DNA of 64,000 nucleotides from Acidobacteriota bacterium (GCA_963663035.1 OY760074.1:2784001-2848000); one strand, 5' to 3'; shown: positions 32,401 to 42,785, counted from the first letter of the stretch. Numbers and translations: made by a program. The notes: generated by a model from the letters alone, not told the origin.

Positions 32401-34114
32401 TGTCCTTGGATTCGGGGATCTGCCGGAGGCGGTCAGTGAAGGCGACCCCTCAGAGACCACGGTGAAGTTCACCCAGCAACGCAGCGCGGAGCAGTTTTCG
32501 GCATCGATGAAGATCCTGCTGGCGGTAACTGCCCGTTCGGTGGCAGATAGCGCGCAGACGGCGATCCAGTCTCGATTCCAGCGCAAGCGCCAGTTGATGC
32601 GGAACAGGCAGTCCGCACGCGGTCCGAACACGGGGGGAAGCCTGTCTGCCGGCCTGGCCAGCAGCAACGGCTCGGGTCTCAGCAGGGCCGGTGCTTTAAA
32701 TCACATGCCAGAGGTCGATAGATTCGGCTTTGCATCCCCCAGGCTGGCCGAGGGCGCTGGTCCGTCGATGGGCTCGACCCGCTCAGGCAGCTTGCATAAC
32801 TCCTTGGCTCCCGACTATGGCATCGCGCCCACCCAAGCGGCCTACGGGTACGATACGCTCCAAAGGACCTCCACGGCTGACCCATCGCTGGGGGCTCTCC
32901 AGTTCTCCGGGATAAGGGCTCGACAACCGGTCCTTTCCCAGGCTTCCTTCAACCTCCAAATGGGAGAAAGCCCCAGGGGCAACGACGGGAGTGGGAGTGT
33001 AGCTCTGTGGGTTCAGGGCGACCTGCAAGACTTCAACGGGAATATCACCCGGGGTGGGATGGACTATCGCGGTGTCATGGGGGCCGTCCACGTTGGACTG
33101 GACCTCTACAACAGCGAACAGATGCTCGTCGGCTTCTCCTTCATGCGAAGCTTTGCTCGTATCAATTACAACGCCGATGGGGTCCATGGGATGTTTAGGA
33201 ATGGTATGAACACGGCTCATCCGTATCTGTACTGGCAGCCCAACGAGCGCTTCAGTGCGTGGGTCATTGGAGGCTTAGGAAGAGGTGAAGTTGATGTCAA
33301 TGAGCCGGGCCGAGCTCACGACTTAACTTCCGACTTTCGTATGTTCTCGGGCGGGATGCGCTCGGTACCGGCCAAGCGGGGCAACACGGAGGTGGGCGTT
33401 GTTGTAGATTCTTTCACTGCACGCCTCGGAACCAACGCTTCGAAAGACATCGAAAGGGTAAGTGGCCAAGTCAGCCGGACAAGGATGATGCTGGAAATTG
33501 TCCACGACAAGCCTCTGGAAGCGGGGAGATCGCTAAGCATTAAGGCAGAATTTGGGCACCGCCACGACGCGGGCGACGCGGATAGGGGTTCTGGGGCGGA
33601 AGCCGGCTTCCGTCTCGGCTATCTGGATGCGGCCGGCGGTCTGGACATTGCGTGGCACGGCCGGATGCTGCTGGTGCGTGAAAGTGACTACCGCGACTTC
33701 GGAGTAGGAATACAGGTTAGCTGGGACTCGGGGGAAAAACATCGGGGTCTGCAACTGTCGATGATGTCTTCGCGCGGACACGATGGGGGAGGCAGGACGA
33801 CGCTGTGGAACAACTCGGCCCTGGTCACCCGTCCCATGGGCTCGGGCTACATGCCCAACGCCTCCCAGACCAGCACGAGCAGCGAGGTGGCCTACGGAAT
33901 GGACATCTTCGGCGGATGGGGTTTGCTGACGCCCTACAGCCGCCTGCAACTTGCCGGCTATGGGAGCGACCTGCGCGTGGGCACCGAATTGAGCCTGCTT
34001 TCTCGCGGGCTGCCAGCGCAGCCCGCGAAGTTCCAATTGGAAGGGATCAGGCGGGAAACCCCCAACCGCATGATCGATCTAGGCATTATGTTAGGAATCT
34101 CGATTCCTTTCTGA
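29498..34114 (+). CDS. Large surface adhesin: Calx-beta/Ig-like repeats plus C-terminal autotransporter-like beta-barrel
   Basis: Signal-like segment ...AMHQVHAQ; repeated EG...V.V.L...DY...ATLTI.DD units; barrel region (LWVQGD...GLGRGEV) ending in terminal F. Start uncertain. Confidence 0.82.
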   Translation: MFSSLVCYRSVPGLEESPVLGFPRLVASTIMLSALLSGVAMHQVHAQNNNSICEQETPPEICSWGGEVQVSTSTLTIREGETISYAIRLSEQPSADGWWVRIHVNGVVYINGNHGNSEGIGIRWVPSVGWQFDREEGKEDSDPTQWRNVHIKAFQDNDDDKDEFVTITHEVSDENFQCPPSLHGVAPVKVQVTDDESASTEVALSVNPMTVSEGAGGTTVTVRAALNGAPRLGSTPVKVAVGRTRDSATEGTDYETVDDLTVTIPEGLTSATERFTLTPTDDVVVESDKTVTVSGTTTASGITTVNPATLTITDDDVPPDTIELKVSPASVAETAGETDIMVTAAFPQGSTTLSTPTGTLLWRQRLVNVTLAAATAQTADFTPVQPFNVTIPASARSGTATFQFTPNDDTYMEGSETVTVSGTTTASGITTINPATLTIIDDDTPNNPPTGQPRITGTPQVGQTLTAVTTDIQDADGLGDFAYQWKADETNIAEAMDSSYRLTNNEGGKRITVTVSFTDGIGTEETVTSQPTAAVRDAVTPRSPPPPPVLTVAFDLASYSTTEGGDPVTLRVALNRTSNQDLTIPITVMPQGATEADDYTVSGLTDGALSFAPEDLSKTFMIVANEDTDSDNETIELGFGTLPEGVSKGEMATATLTIIDNETPNNPPTGQPRITGTARVGQTLTAVTTDIQDADGLGDFAYQWKADETNIAEAMDSSYRLTNNEGGKRITVTVSFTDSIGTEETVTSQPTAAVRDAVTPPPPPPPPVLTVAFDLASYSTTEGGDPVTLRVALNRTSNQDLTIPITVMPQGATEADDYTVSGLTDGALSFAPEDLSKTFMIVANEDTDSDNETIELGFGTLPEGVSKGEMATATLTIVDAGPPELTVSFARAEYTIAEGGEPSSINVNISPAADRRVEVPLVVTTQGGATSQDYDGVPASIVFEVGATVVTFQMTALADQEDDPGKSIVLGFGDLPEAVSEGDPSETTVKFTQQRSAEQFSASMKILLAVTARSVADSAQTAIQSRFQRKRQLMRNRQSARGPNTGGSLSAGLASSNGSGLSRAGALNHMPEVDRFGFASPRLAEGAGPSMGSTRSGSLHNSLAPDYGIAPTQAAYGYDTLQRTSTADPSLGALQFSGIRARQPVLSQASFNLQMGESPRGNDGSGSVALWVQGDLQDFNGNITRGGMDYRGVMGAVHVGLDLYNSEQMLVGFSFMRSFARINYNADGVHGMFRNGMNTAHPYLYWQPNERFSAWVIGGLGRGEVDVNEPGRAHDLTSDFRMFSGGMRSVPAKRGNTEVGVVVDSFTARLGTNASKDIERVSGQVSRTRMMLEIVHDKPLEAGRSLSIKAEFGHRHDAGDADRGSGAEAGFRLGYLDAAGGLDIAWHGRMLLVRESDYRDFGVGIQVSWDSGEKHRGLQLSMMSSRGHDGGGRTTLWNNSALVTRPMGSGYMPNASQTSTSSEVAYGMDIFGGWGLLTPYSRLQLAGYGSDLRVGTELSLLSRGLPAQPAKFQLEGIRRETPNRMIDLGIMLGISIPF
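30800..32128 (+). repeat. 657-bp (219-aa) in-frame tandem duplication
   Basis: GCCACCCTCACCATC recurs at 30800, 31457 and 32114; the two units are near-identical. Confidence 0.93.
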
Positions 34115-34559
34115 GGACGTTAGGAAGAAAAACATCGGAACGTCGTTTTCGTTCCGCTAGGCTACACATAACGAGCCGAAAAACCGGTTGTGTTGCTGTA
34201 CGTCTTCAGCGAAAGTGGGACATTTTGAGTCCTCGGCTAAGAGACAGTGGGAACCGATGGGGTGGCGGGGACGCAGGCTTCCCCTGGAAAGACACCATCC
34301 AAAAGTAGAACTTTCTGGCACGATGGAACAGGAGGTTCTCGATGAAGCTGTTCGACTCTCTGGGATGAATGCCACGCTAAGGCCTCATATTTGGCCGTGG
34401 CTGCATCGCTAAGGTATGGGAAAGGGCCGTTTCGGATGGCTCTTCGCGTATGACTTTTCCGTTTCGTGAGGTGACCCCATATAGCGCGTATCAACGACAG
34501 CGAACTGCCGATACGGGCGCTGGTGTCACAGATTATTTCCTAACCCTCTCGACCTTCAT

Positions 34560-35150
34560 TTAGCGGCTCCGGGCCTTCCGTGATTTCCTTACACTCGCCT
34601 TTCCCGATCTCCCAGAATTGACGTAACCTTTCTGAACGGTCCGAGCTGAAGCTCGCCTCTGCGAGTGAACAGAGCTAAGTGCCGAAACTTGGAATTGTAA
34701 ACATTCACCACGTGCCAGGGAATTCTTCTCTATGACTCTCAGATTTTCATTAAGATTCCACAGTTCTATACCTCTTGCATGGCCCCCTTTGTTTTCGACT
34801 ATCCACAACCCCCAATTCCCCTGGAAAGCGATTCTAAGAGCGAGCCGGGGTATGGAATCCTGGTAGTCTGTTGTTACTTGCTCCTGTAACAATTCAGTCT
34901 GCTTGCCGAGCTGTTTCCGTGTAAGCGCTAGTTCCTCGCGCTGAAGGCGGAGCTCTTTGGACTGTAGGAGATACCCGTATACCAACCAACCGAAAGCCAG
35001 GGGTGTGAAAACGCCTGCGAAAAAGTCTCCCAACTCGTTGAGGTTGCCTGCCCTTAAGAGCTCCCAAGCATCGTTAACACGAAGAAAGAGAATGGTGGCG
35101 ATGTAAAGAATGCTCAGGGCACCCATCACGAAAATGCCAGCATGCTTCAT
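34560..35150 (-). CDS. Two-TM plus coiled-coil hypothetical protein
   Basis: NELGDFFAGVFTPLAF.WL...LQ.KEL.LQREEL motif, commonly seen in mobile or defence regions; C-terminus may be truncated. Confidence 0.6.
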   Translation of the reverse strand: MKHAGIFVMGALSILYIATILFLRVNDAWELLRAGNLNELGDFFAGVFTPLAFGWLVYGYLLQSKELRLQREELALTRKQLGKQTELLQEQVTTDYQDSIPRLALRIAFQGNWGLWIVENKGGHARGIELWNLNENLRVIEKNSLARGECLQFQVSALSSVHSQRRASARTVQKGYVNSGRSGKASVRKSRKARSR

Positions 35151-35693
35151 TCACTTCCCCTTCTCGACCCATCCGCGTATCACAGGAGACCTTCCGGCCA
35201 CTCGCACATCTTGATAGCGGTCCGCCGCGGATTCAAATCGATGATACCCTCTGCAAGAAACTGTCGCTGCCGTCTCTCACTCCAATCCGCGAGCTTCTGG
35301 TTCGAGAGCCAGGTCTGACCGGGCAAAAATCACCTTAGGTTCAGCCCCACGGCCCGCCAACTTGGCCACCGCCAAACCCCACATGGGTGATGTGCCCAAG
35401 GCCGCCTAACGACCCTAGAGCTCCCGGGGCCCAAGGAAGTCATGCCACTCACGGCTTTCCCCCTGAAAACCCTCTAGAAAGGTTTGCACAAAGCTACCTG
35501 GAGGCCGTGGATTTCAAGTAGAAGGTGGGGAGTACTCCAAATTTCCGGTCGATCTCAGACAGAGTCTCCTCGTCGTTGACTAGCTCAACTTTGCCCATTC
35601 TCCCATGCCCGCCAGACAAACCCCACACAGAAAAGCGTTGTTGCATGGATCGGGGCGGAAACGGGACCGGTCATCAGATGGCCTCCCAGTGGC

Positions 35694-35721
35694 GAGTAAC
35701 ATAAAGGACGTTATGTTACTC
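35694..35721 (+). other. 28-bp symmetric dif/lox-like site B
   Basis: GAGTAACATAA-AGGACG-TTATGTTACTC, perfect inverted arms. Confidence 0.7.
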
Positions 35722-35794
35722 CATAAGGGGAGGCAAGTGCATGAACATGGTTGCTTCCGAGCGCAGCAGAAGCGCACGACCAGTGCCCGACCGG

Positions 35795-35914
35795 GGCATT
35801 GTCAAGTTAACGCATCACAAGCTGAGATAGCCCCACGATATCGTTCGTAAAACCACGTCTGAGTAGTCGATATGGTGGCTTGGTCCATCGTCAACCAGTT
35901 AACGTGACAATGCC
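35795..35914. mobile_element. 120-bp MITE with IS6-like terminal inverted repeats
   Basis: GGCATTGTCAAGTTAAC ... GTTAACGTGACAATGCC (16/17 match); no ORF. Confidence 0.8.
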
Positions 35915-35988
35915 CTCCTGGACAACACTGGTCGGTCCAAGGCCAGTCACAATTGGACTGAGCCGGTTTAATGTGGTAACAATAACTC

Positions 35989-36258
35989 TTGAAGATCGAG
36001 TTCAGCACAGCGAAGCGCAATGCCACTCTTGAGTCCCGAGGGCTGGATATGGCCCGTGCCGGCGACGTGTTCGTCGACGACACGCTCACCGTGGAAGACG
36101 ACCGGCGAGACTATGGGGAGGACCGTTTCATCACGGTCGGCTTTCTTGACGGGACGATGGTGGTTCTGGTCTGGACACCCCGCGACGAGGCGTATCGGAT
36201 CATTAGCATGAGGAAAGCCAATGAACGCGAAAGAGCACTCTACACCCCGAGATTTTGA
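35989..36258 (+). CDS. brnT: BrnT-family toxin
   Basis: K...TL..RGLD...DDRRDYGEDRFITVG...VWTPR...RIISMRKANERE. Confidence 0.9.
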   Translation: MKIEFSTAKRNATLESRGLDMARAGDVFVDDTLTVEDDRRDYGEDRFITVGFLDGTMVVLVWTPRDEAYRIISMRKANERERALYTPRF

Positions 36259-36478
36259 TCCGGACACCGCGCCGGACCTGTCCAGGGACGGCTGGCCGGA
36301 GAAGTTTTCCAAGGCGGCGGTCCGGCGGGGGCGGCCACCGCTCGCCAAACCGAAAGTGTCCACCACCATCCGGCTGTCGCAGGATGTGATCGATCATTTC
36401 CGAGCCGGTGGCCCCCGCTGGCAGACACGGATCGACGACGCCCTTCGCGAGTGGATCGGGAAGCGCGACACAGCGTGA
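36221..36478 (+). CDS. brnA: BrnA-family antitoxin
   Basis: RGRPP...KVSTTIRLSQDVIDHFRAGGP.WQTRIDDALR. Confidence 0.9.
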   Translation: MNAKEHSTPRDFDPDTAPDLSRDGWPEKFSKAAVRRGRPPLAKPKVSTTIRLSQDVIDHFRAGGPRWQTRIDDALREWIGKRDTA

Positions 36479-36489
36479 CCTCCTAACGG

Positions 36490-36915
36490 ATGACCCACTC
36501 ATTCGGTCTTGATGCGCCTTCGGCGCTTGAGGCGTTCAAGAACGCCGCAGAGAAGTTTAAAGACGACGAACTCAATGAGGACCTGGCGCGCGATTGCGCC
36601 TGCAAAGCCTGGCATCTCTGTGATCACGTATACCAAGCGCTTGGTTCAAATTCCCAATTCTCAAGCGTGCGGAAACTCCAGGAGAACGTCAAAGACACCT
36701 GCCGTGAACTAGCCTACCTGCAGGATATTTGCATCGAGTCAAAACACGGAAAGTTTACGCACCATACGCCTCGAATTGATGGAGCCAAATTTCAAGACGG
36801 CGACTTCGACCCGGCTGATTTTGGCCACGACTTCGATATTCCGCGTCTTGAAGTGCTATTAGAAGGCCAGCCAATCTTGTTCAACGATATCGTCGTTCGT
36901 GCCGTGGAGTTTTGA
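36490..36915 (+). CDS. Hypothetical protein (HEPN-like helical pattern)
   Basis: AWHLCDH...DICIESKH; the terminal TGA may be premature (frame continues SKLFDDNGIK*). Confidence 0.55.
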   Translation: MTHSFGLDAPSALEAFKNAAEKFKDDELNEDLARDCACKAWHLCDHVYQALGSNSQFSSVRKLQENVKDTCRELAYLQDICIESKHGKFTHHTPRIDGAKFQDGDFDPADFGHDFDIPRLEVLLEGQPILFNDIVVRAVEF

Positions 36916-36984
36916 TCAAAACTCTTTGATGATAACGGGATCAAGTGAATGAGGGAAAGGGGATTGAAGGTGATCTGTCACCGG

Positions 36985-37228
36985 ATGCTTGCAAGGTTCT
37001 TCTCCGGTGGCGCAGCTGAATAGAAACGCAGATCGGCCGTTGGAAGAGCTTCATCGTCCCCAGACTCCAATTCCGCAGCTTCTCCAGGCAGATCACGGAG
37101 ATCCAACTCGGCCAGAAAGTCCTGAACACAACGACCGCACTCGGACCGCCTGTGTTCGAACGCATGGCCTGACGCTACGGCTTGGAAAAGGGTTAATTCC
37201 GTTTCCGCCCCGATCCATGCAACAACGT
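36985..37228 (+). mobile_element. IS5 (IS903-group) 3' remnant with IR
   Basis: ETQIGRWK...SFSRQITEIQLGQKVLN...ALGPPVFERMA*, then GATCCATGCAACAACG. Confidence 0.85.
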
Positions 37229-37244
37229 GCTTCCGGGGCCTATA

Positions 37245-37694
37245 TCACGAAAGCCCTGCCCCGCCTTGCTCGCTGCCGCCCAACGCCGCCAGACGGCGGG
37301 CGCGCCACCGCAGGAGCCACAGCACCAGCCACGCCGGGAGCGAGACGATCCCGGCGTAAATCCAGATGCCGGGCGGTCCGAACAGACCGCCGATGGTGGC
37401 GGCGGCCACCGAGAGTGGACAAAGTACGGCCGCGCACGCGTATGTAGCCGGCCGAGAAACCGGATGCAGCCGCTCCAGGGCGCGCGTCAGCGGGATGCCG
37501 CCGGGCCAGGCGAAGACGAGTCCGAAGACCATCGCGGGCAGGGAGAACAGCATAGGGACGAAACCGGTAGAGAAACTCGGGTCGAAGCCGAACCGGATCA
37601 CCGACAGAACGACCACGCCAATCGGCAGCCACAGCGAGAGCTTCAGCGTTCGTATCATACGGATTGAGCTTACCACGGTGTCCCGAGAGGCCAC
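37245..37694 (-). CDS. Hypothetical 4-TM membrane protein
   Basis: GC-rich ORF with four hydrophobic segments. Confidence 0.55.
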   Translation of the reverse strand: MASRDTVVSSIRMIRTLKLSLWLPIGVVVLSVIRFGFDPSFSTGFVPMLFSLPAMVFGLVFAWPGGIPLTRALERLHPVSRPATYACAAVLCPLSVAAATIGGLFGPPGIWIYAGIVSLPAWLVLWLLRWRARRLAALGGSEQGGAGLS

Positions 37695-37715
37695 CCCTCC
37701 GGGATCGATTCGTTG

Positions 37716-37792
37716 GGCACTGTCAAGTTAACGCGTCACAAGCTGAGACAGCTCCAAGATATCGTTAGTAAAACCACGTCTTAATACTCGAT
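37716..37792 (+). mobile_element. IS6-like MITE, partial copy
   Basis: GGCACTGTCAAGTTAACGCGTCACAAGCTGAGAC... matches 25710 and 35795. Confidence 0.75.
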
Positions 37793-37960
37793 AGGGTTCA
37801 GCACCGTTTCAAGAGACGTGCGTTTTTTGGCATTGTTCACTTTCCGGGCCGGATCCGGCTCGGTCTGGTTCGAAGCGTCCCCCAACTAAAACGAACCTCG
37901 CAAGCGACCGAACGTCGTCGGCTCGCTGATGACCGATCGGGCCCTGGTCGATCTATTTTA

Positions 37961-37988
37961 GAGTGTGATAACGTCCTTCATCACACTC
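37961..37988 (-). other. 28-bp near-symmetric dif/lox-like site D (core inverted)
   Basis: GAGTGTGATAA-CGTCCT-TCATCACACTC; the core reads AGGACG on the minus strand; one arm mismatch. Confidence 0.6.
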
Positions 37989-38046
37989 TATGGTCACAGA
38001 AGATGACCTGCTCGCCCCGGCCACCGAAATCCTCGTCTCCCCGAGA

Positions 38047-38139
38047 CGCTGCACTTGCCCAGTGGCGTCAACTCGGGGAGGCCTAATCCCCTGTCCTCGA
38101 TGAAATAACTCAGACCTGCAACTTTACTCTGACAGTGCC
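38047..38139 (+). mobile_element. IS6 type A right-end remnant
   Basis: GCACTTGCCCAGTGGCGTCAACTCGG...CTCTGACAGTGCC. Confidence 0.8.
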
Positions 38140-38313
38140 AAATATTCAGCTTTAGCCGGAATTAAATGTTTGGCCCTCCGCCGGTTGCGAGTATATACCT
38201 TATGTTTTACTTCAGCCGAATACCCGTCTTGCGAAGGATCTTCCGACGTTCCCGGCAAATCGGACTAATCGGTCTGTCCAGGTCTCCCTTGTTGGCAAAT
38301 CAGATGGACCCGT

Positions 38314-39210
38314 TCAGTTGCCGAACAGGCGTTTGACGGTAAACGTTAGCGCCCAGGAACGCGCGCCGGTGAACCTGTTGTAGTTGGAGAAGTCGGGATC
38401 CTGCTCATGAAACGGGTGAATAGCGTATCCGCCACTGGTTTCCATGCTGCCCAGCATCGAGTAAGTCAGCTTCAGTCCCAACAATGTCTTGTCGCTCAGG
38501 CTGTAGTCGACACCTGCGTGCAGGTGCCCGGCCAAGACCGTGTCGGACAGGTCGGCATCCTGGCTGCCGTTGTAGAACGACAGAGGAGGATCGTAGGCTG
38601 AAGCATTGGCCGATGTGTCCTGGTAATCGGTGGAGAAGTGCACCCCGGAGACCTCGACAAACGCAGGACCCAGCCCGATGCCCAGGTATGGGGAAATTCC
38701 GCTGAACGCATCCGGAAAATCATAGTACGCATTGAGCGAAAGAGTGCGCACAAGGAGACTGTCGATCGAAGCCTGACCATTGGACACGACCGAACCGCGG
38801 TGCCTTTCCCCCAGGGGCGTCCCATCGTAATAGGTGATGCCGCGGAACATCTGGTCGAGGCTGTTCTTCCGCTGCGCGAACGACAACTCCAGGCGCGTAC
38901 GATCGAAGATACGACCAGCCGAGATCTCGAACACGGCTCCGGCGGCTGCCGGGATATCGTAACGCCAGCGGTATCCGGAGATTTCGGGGATAGGGTCCGC
39001 ATCGAAACAAGCATCCGTCGGATAGCAGGTCGACTCCCGATTCCAGCCCTCCTGATCCAGGTCGGCTGCCCAATTCGATCCGATGCCCCCGCCGAGATAC
39101 CATCCGGAGCGCTGCACCCCCCCGACCCCGCTCTGGGCCAACAGATTGGAGATGGGGCAGAGTATCAAGATTCCACCGACGGTGGATGCGATGAACGATG
39201 CAAGACGCAT
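38314..39210 (-). CDS. Outer-membrane beta-barrel protein (opacity/OmpA-N-like)
   Basis: Signal peptide; GWYLGGGIG, RLELSF, LNAYYDF, SPYLGIGLG and AGVDYSL strands. Confidence 0.8.
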   Translation of the reverse strand: MRLASFIASTVGGILILCPISNLLAQSGVGGVQRSGWYLGGGIGSNWAADLDQEGWNRESTCYPTDACFDADPIPEISGYRWRYDIPAAAGAVFEISAGRIFDRTRLELSFAQRKNSLDQMFRGITYYDGTPLGERHRGSVVSNGQASIDSLLVRTLSLNAYYDFPDAFSGISPYLGIGLGPAFVEVSGVHFSTDYQDTSANASAYDPPLSFYNGSQDADLSDTVLAGHLHAGVDYSLSDKTLLGLKLTYSMLGSMETSGGYAIHPFHEQDPDFSNYNRFTGARSWALTFTVKRLFGN

Positions 39211-39572
39211 GGAGAGTTTCTACACGGGATTTCCTTTTAGCCTTCGGGCGGTTAAAAGTATACATCCATCTGCGTCCGACCGAGCACGATTTTTCTCCGA
39301 GAGGCCCATCGGCTCATAAACACCCTTCCAGAAGTCTTCACTGGCTGGCAATGCTGTCAGCAATATTGAACGCCGCGGCATCGGCCTCCGGAAGGCACTG
39401 TCAGAGTTCCTGCTGGACGATTTCCTTGACGAGATCGAAAGTCTCTTCGTCACCGCATCCTGGTATCGATTGGACAGCGCCGCATCCGGCGAGCGTCGAA
39501 CAAATGAAAACGGCGCGGGCGACGGGTTCAAGTCTCATTCCGTGTTCAAGCCTCCTTGCCGACGCTTCCTTG

Positions 39573-40796
39573 GTGCATTCCGGACACATAGGTTACAGTT
39601 TATTCCGAAGACATAGGTAACACCTTTGCACCAAAAGGGTTATTTATAGGACCTTCTACTGTCTTTCAAAGTAACCGAGGTCGTATTCCATAAACGACAC
39701 CAGCCAAATTTTCTCTTTGACCTCTTTGATTCCAACATCTTGACCAGCAAACACCGTGCTGAAGTTGATCTTTTGACTTTTCATACAGATTCTGCCGCAG
39801 CTGGTGACGGTCACGGTGCGATCGTGCATGGGGTACTCGACGCGCCCGATTCCTCGGTAGGGACAAGATGCGGGAGTATAGACCTCGGACGGAAACTTCA
39901 TGCCCAGGGCCTCATGAGGTCTCTCGTATTCCGCCTGAAAGGCATTAAACCTCTCTTGCTGCTGAAGAAGGTTGTGGGCAGCGGGAACGACTGTGGCCTT
40001 CTTGAGGGTGAGATGAAGGCGCTCATGCCTTCCGTTCTGCTCGGGATGGCCGGGCTTGATCCTCTCGATTCGGATTCCTAGCCTAAGCCACCAGACGGCC
40101 AGTCGACTGAGTCCAAACAATCCGTTGGGTGATGCAAAAGGGACTCCGTTGTCCGTGCGGATCGCTTCCGGCAAAGACTCTTGAAAGGTTCTCTCGAATA
40201 CGGGGAAAGCACCTCTTTCCTTAACACTGTCGAGAGCCTCGATGGCGAGCAGATAACGGCTGGCGTGATCGCTCACGGTGAGAGGATAACAGTACCTGGC
40301 ATGAACTCTCCTTTGAAGTCGGCAGACCAAAGGTCATTGGGATTCTGGCTGCTGGACAATCGAGTCCCCTCTGCCTTGAACCGTCGCCGTTTTCTACATC
40401 ACCAGGCCGTTGCGATCCAGAACCGCGTGAACTGTGCTCACCGCAGGCGGATTCGGAAACCTACGAATCAGGAGCGCCCGAATCTTGGGAGCTCCCCAAT
40501 ACGGCTTCTCTCGCTTTAGCCTGACCAGGGTCCGTTCCACCTGTTCGGGCAGTTGGTTCGTAACGATGCGGCTTGCGGCTCCGATCCACCAGGGCGTAAG
40601 CGCCGGTGTTTTGATAGCGGTTCCAAATCTTGTAGCCCGTCTTTCTGGATATCCCAAACTCCTCACACAGACGGCTCATTTCGCTATAAATCTCATTCTC
40701 TCGTCCATCACACAGCTTCCATGGCATCTCTGGGCACCTCCCGAGTGTTACCCATGTGTCCGGTATAATTTGTTACCCATCTTTCGGAATGGGCAC
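39573..40796 (-). mobile_element. IS481-family element with degenerate transposase
   Basis: MPWK...FGISRKTGYKI; LWSADFKGEF; TDNGVPF; QNGRHERLH; doubled TGTTACC(C/T)ATGT terminal repeats at both ends; several frameshifts. Confidence 0.87.
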
Positions 40797-40930
40797 TTTC
40801 GGCATAGGTCAGTGGACCTATTGCGGTCCCTCCTTTTTTCCCACCTCGAGTATCTCCCGGAGGCCTTCCTCCAGTCTGCCTTCGGATTGGCGTTTGCCCA
40901 ATGCAATGGACCTTTTTACCCTCCCTAGAG

Positions 40931-41740
40931 GGTTCTGGTGCAGATAGGATTGTCGGAGCGATAAGACCAGGAGTGCGCCCTGGCGATGCGGCCTATGCTG
41001 CCATGACGTGACGCCAGATCACGGCAGGATTCGACTGCCATGGGATCGGAATTGCGAACTGGCGTTTGTGAATCTTCTGCGCCAGCTCGATGCCGATAAT
41101 GACACGTCGCGCATTGTAGAACGTCTTGAATCCCAACATCGAGCGCAATCGCCCTTTCACCCGGCGGTGGTCCTGCTCCACAACGTTGTTCAGGTATTGA
41201 CAGCAACGAATCTTCACCGGGTTCCGCCCCCGGAAGTTGAACTCCCCGTTCATTCCCATGTGCCGCAGGGCGCTATGGCTCGGCCGGTGGCCATCCAGAG
41301 GTGATGCTGTGTGGCTCCCGACGATGCTTCAGCGCCTTGCGAAAGAAGGCCTTCGCCGCTGCGATGCCACGTGCCCGACTGAGAAAGAACTCCACAGTGT
41401 TGCCCTGTCCGTCCACGGCTCGATACAGGTACATCCACTGGCCCCGCACCTTGATAAACGTTTCATCAACCCGCCAACTCCCACCCACCGGCCGTTCGAA
41501 TCGGCTCCAACGCCTTTCGCAGATTTCGGCATAGCGAACGACCCACCGCAAGATTGTGGTGTGCGAAATCGGTAAACCCCGCTCACCTAAAATCTCGACC
41601 AGGTCCCGGTAACTCAGTTTGAAGCGGAAATACCAGCGAAGGCAGAGAAGAATGATGTCGTCTATAGAGGATTCCGTTCCGTTTTACGATGCGCCATATC
41701 TCATTATCGCCAATCCCTGTTGGCTGTCTGCACCAGAACC
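40931..41740 (-). mobile_element. IS6-family element (type B), full length, frameshifted
   Basis: IRs GGTTCTGGTGCAGA / TCTGCACCAGAACC; WRVDETFIKVRG...YLYRAVD...LNNVVEQDHR. Confidence 0.9.
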
Positions 41741-42487
41741 TCCTCGCCACTCTCCTGCAACGCCTTACGGTGCGTTTCGAGACGCGCCTGGTGCTCTCGC
41801 AGCGCCGTAATCTTCTGTGCCAGATCCCGCCCCCGCCCCTTGCTGGGGCTCGCATCGGCCATGTCGGCCGCGTCCATCTCATCCATCTGCTGCAGGTACC
41901 GCTCCAGCCGTTCCTGGCTCGCCGCCAGATCGCGCCGCAGCTTGGCCACGGTGAAGTTCCGGTCCCGGCTGTTCACCGCCTTGATCCGCGTGCCATCGAC
42001 CGCGATCAACTCCCGGCCGAACAGTTCCAGGCTCCGGCACACCTTCACGAAGTCACGGAACACTTGCCGGAACGCCTCCCGGTTCTCGCGCCGGAAATCC
42101 GCAATGGTCTTGAAGTTCGGCCGCAGGCGGCGCAACAGCCAGATCGCCTCCAGGTTGCGGTGGGTTTCCGCCTCCAGCCGTCGGCTGGACCGCACCCGGT
42201 TCAGATACCCGTAGATGTACAGCTTCAGCAAGTCGGAGGGATCGTACCCCGGGCGCCCTGTCTCTTTCGGCTCTGCTCGTTCGAACCCGGCCCCAGCCAA
42301 GTCGAGACTGTCGACGAAAGCGTCGATGAACCGCACTGGGTTGTCGGGACCCACATAGTCGTCTACCGTGTCCGGCAGTAGAAGCACCTGTGCGCGATCT
42401 GTCCCCGTGATGTGTGCCATGCCCCATTCTACCTCCAGTAGGCAGGGGGGCGTCCCGGGGGACCCGGTGGGTTTTCACACAGTCTGG
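41741..42487 (-). mobile_element. IS1182-family transposase 5' half, cut by IS6
   Basis: Same N-terminus and left end as 26343-26901. Confidence 0.88.
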
Positions 42488-42527
42488 AGCGGTTACGCAA
42501 TGATCCGGCTCCAGACGTATTCACAAG

Positions 42528-42785
42528 GGTTCTTCCTATCCGGCTCAGGCGAATTGCCTGGAGCACCGTGGACATACCGCTGATCCCGACCAAAGTAAAC
42601 ACGGCCCAGGACAGAAAGGCTTCGGTCCCGCCTCCAGCGTGAACCACGATCGCCGCCGTCAAAACGATGCCGGCGACGAAGAGGATGGCTGGTTGTAGGC
42701 CGAGACCGAAGGCAAGCAGTATCGAAGGTCGGACGTCCGGTTTGTAGTGAATGCTTGTGCACAACTCCGAATCGTCAGCAGCCAT
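42528..42785 (-). pseudogene. Xanthine/uracil (NCS2) permease N-terminal fragment
   Basis: Y.PD.RP...GLGLQ...ISG.STVLQA.R..RIG; truncated next to IS1182. Confidence 0.65.

Noticed and set aside
38183-38210. GGTTGCGAGTA-TATACC-TTATGTTTTAC as a dif site
   Set aside because: The left arm lacks ATAA and the core differs; too degenerate to support.
39220-39560. Lipoprotein-like ORF (STLAGC)
   Set aside because: It is interrupted by TGA stops and too short to assign; at most a remnant.
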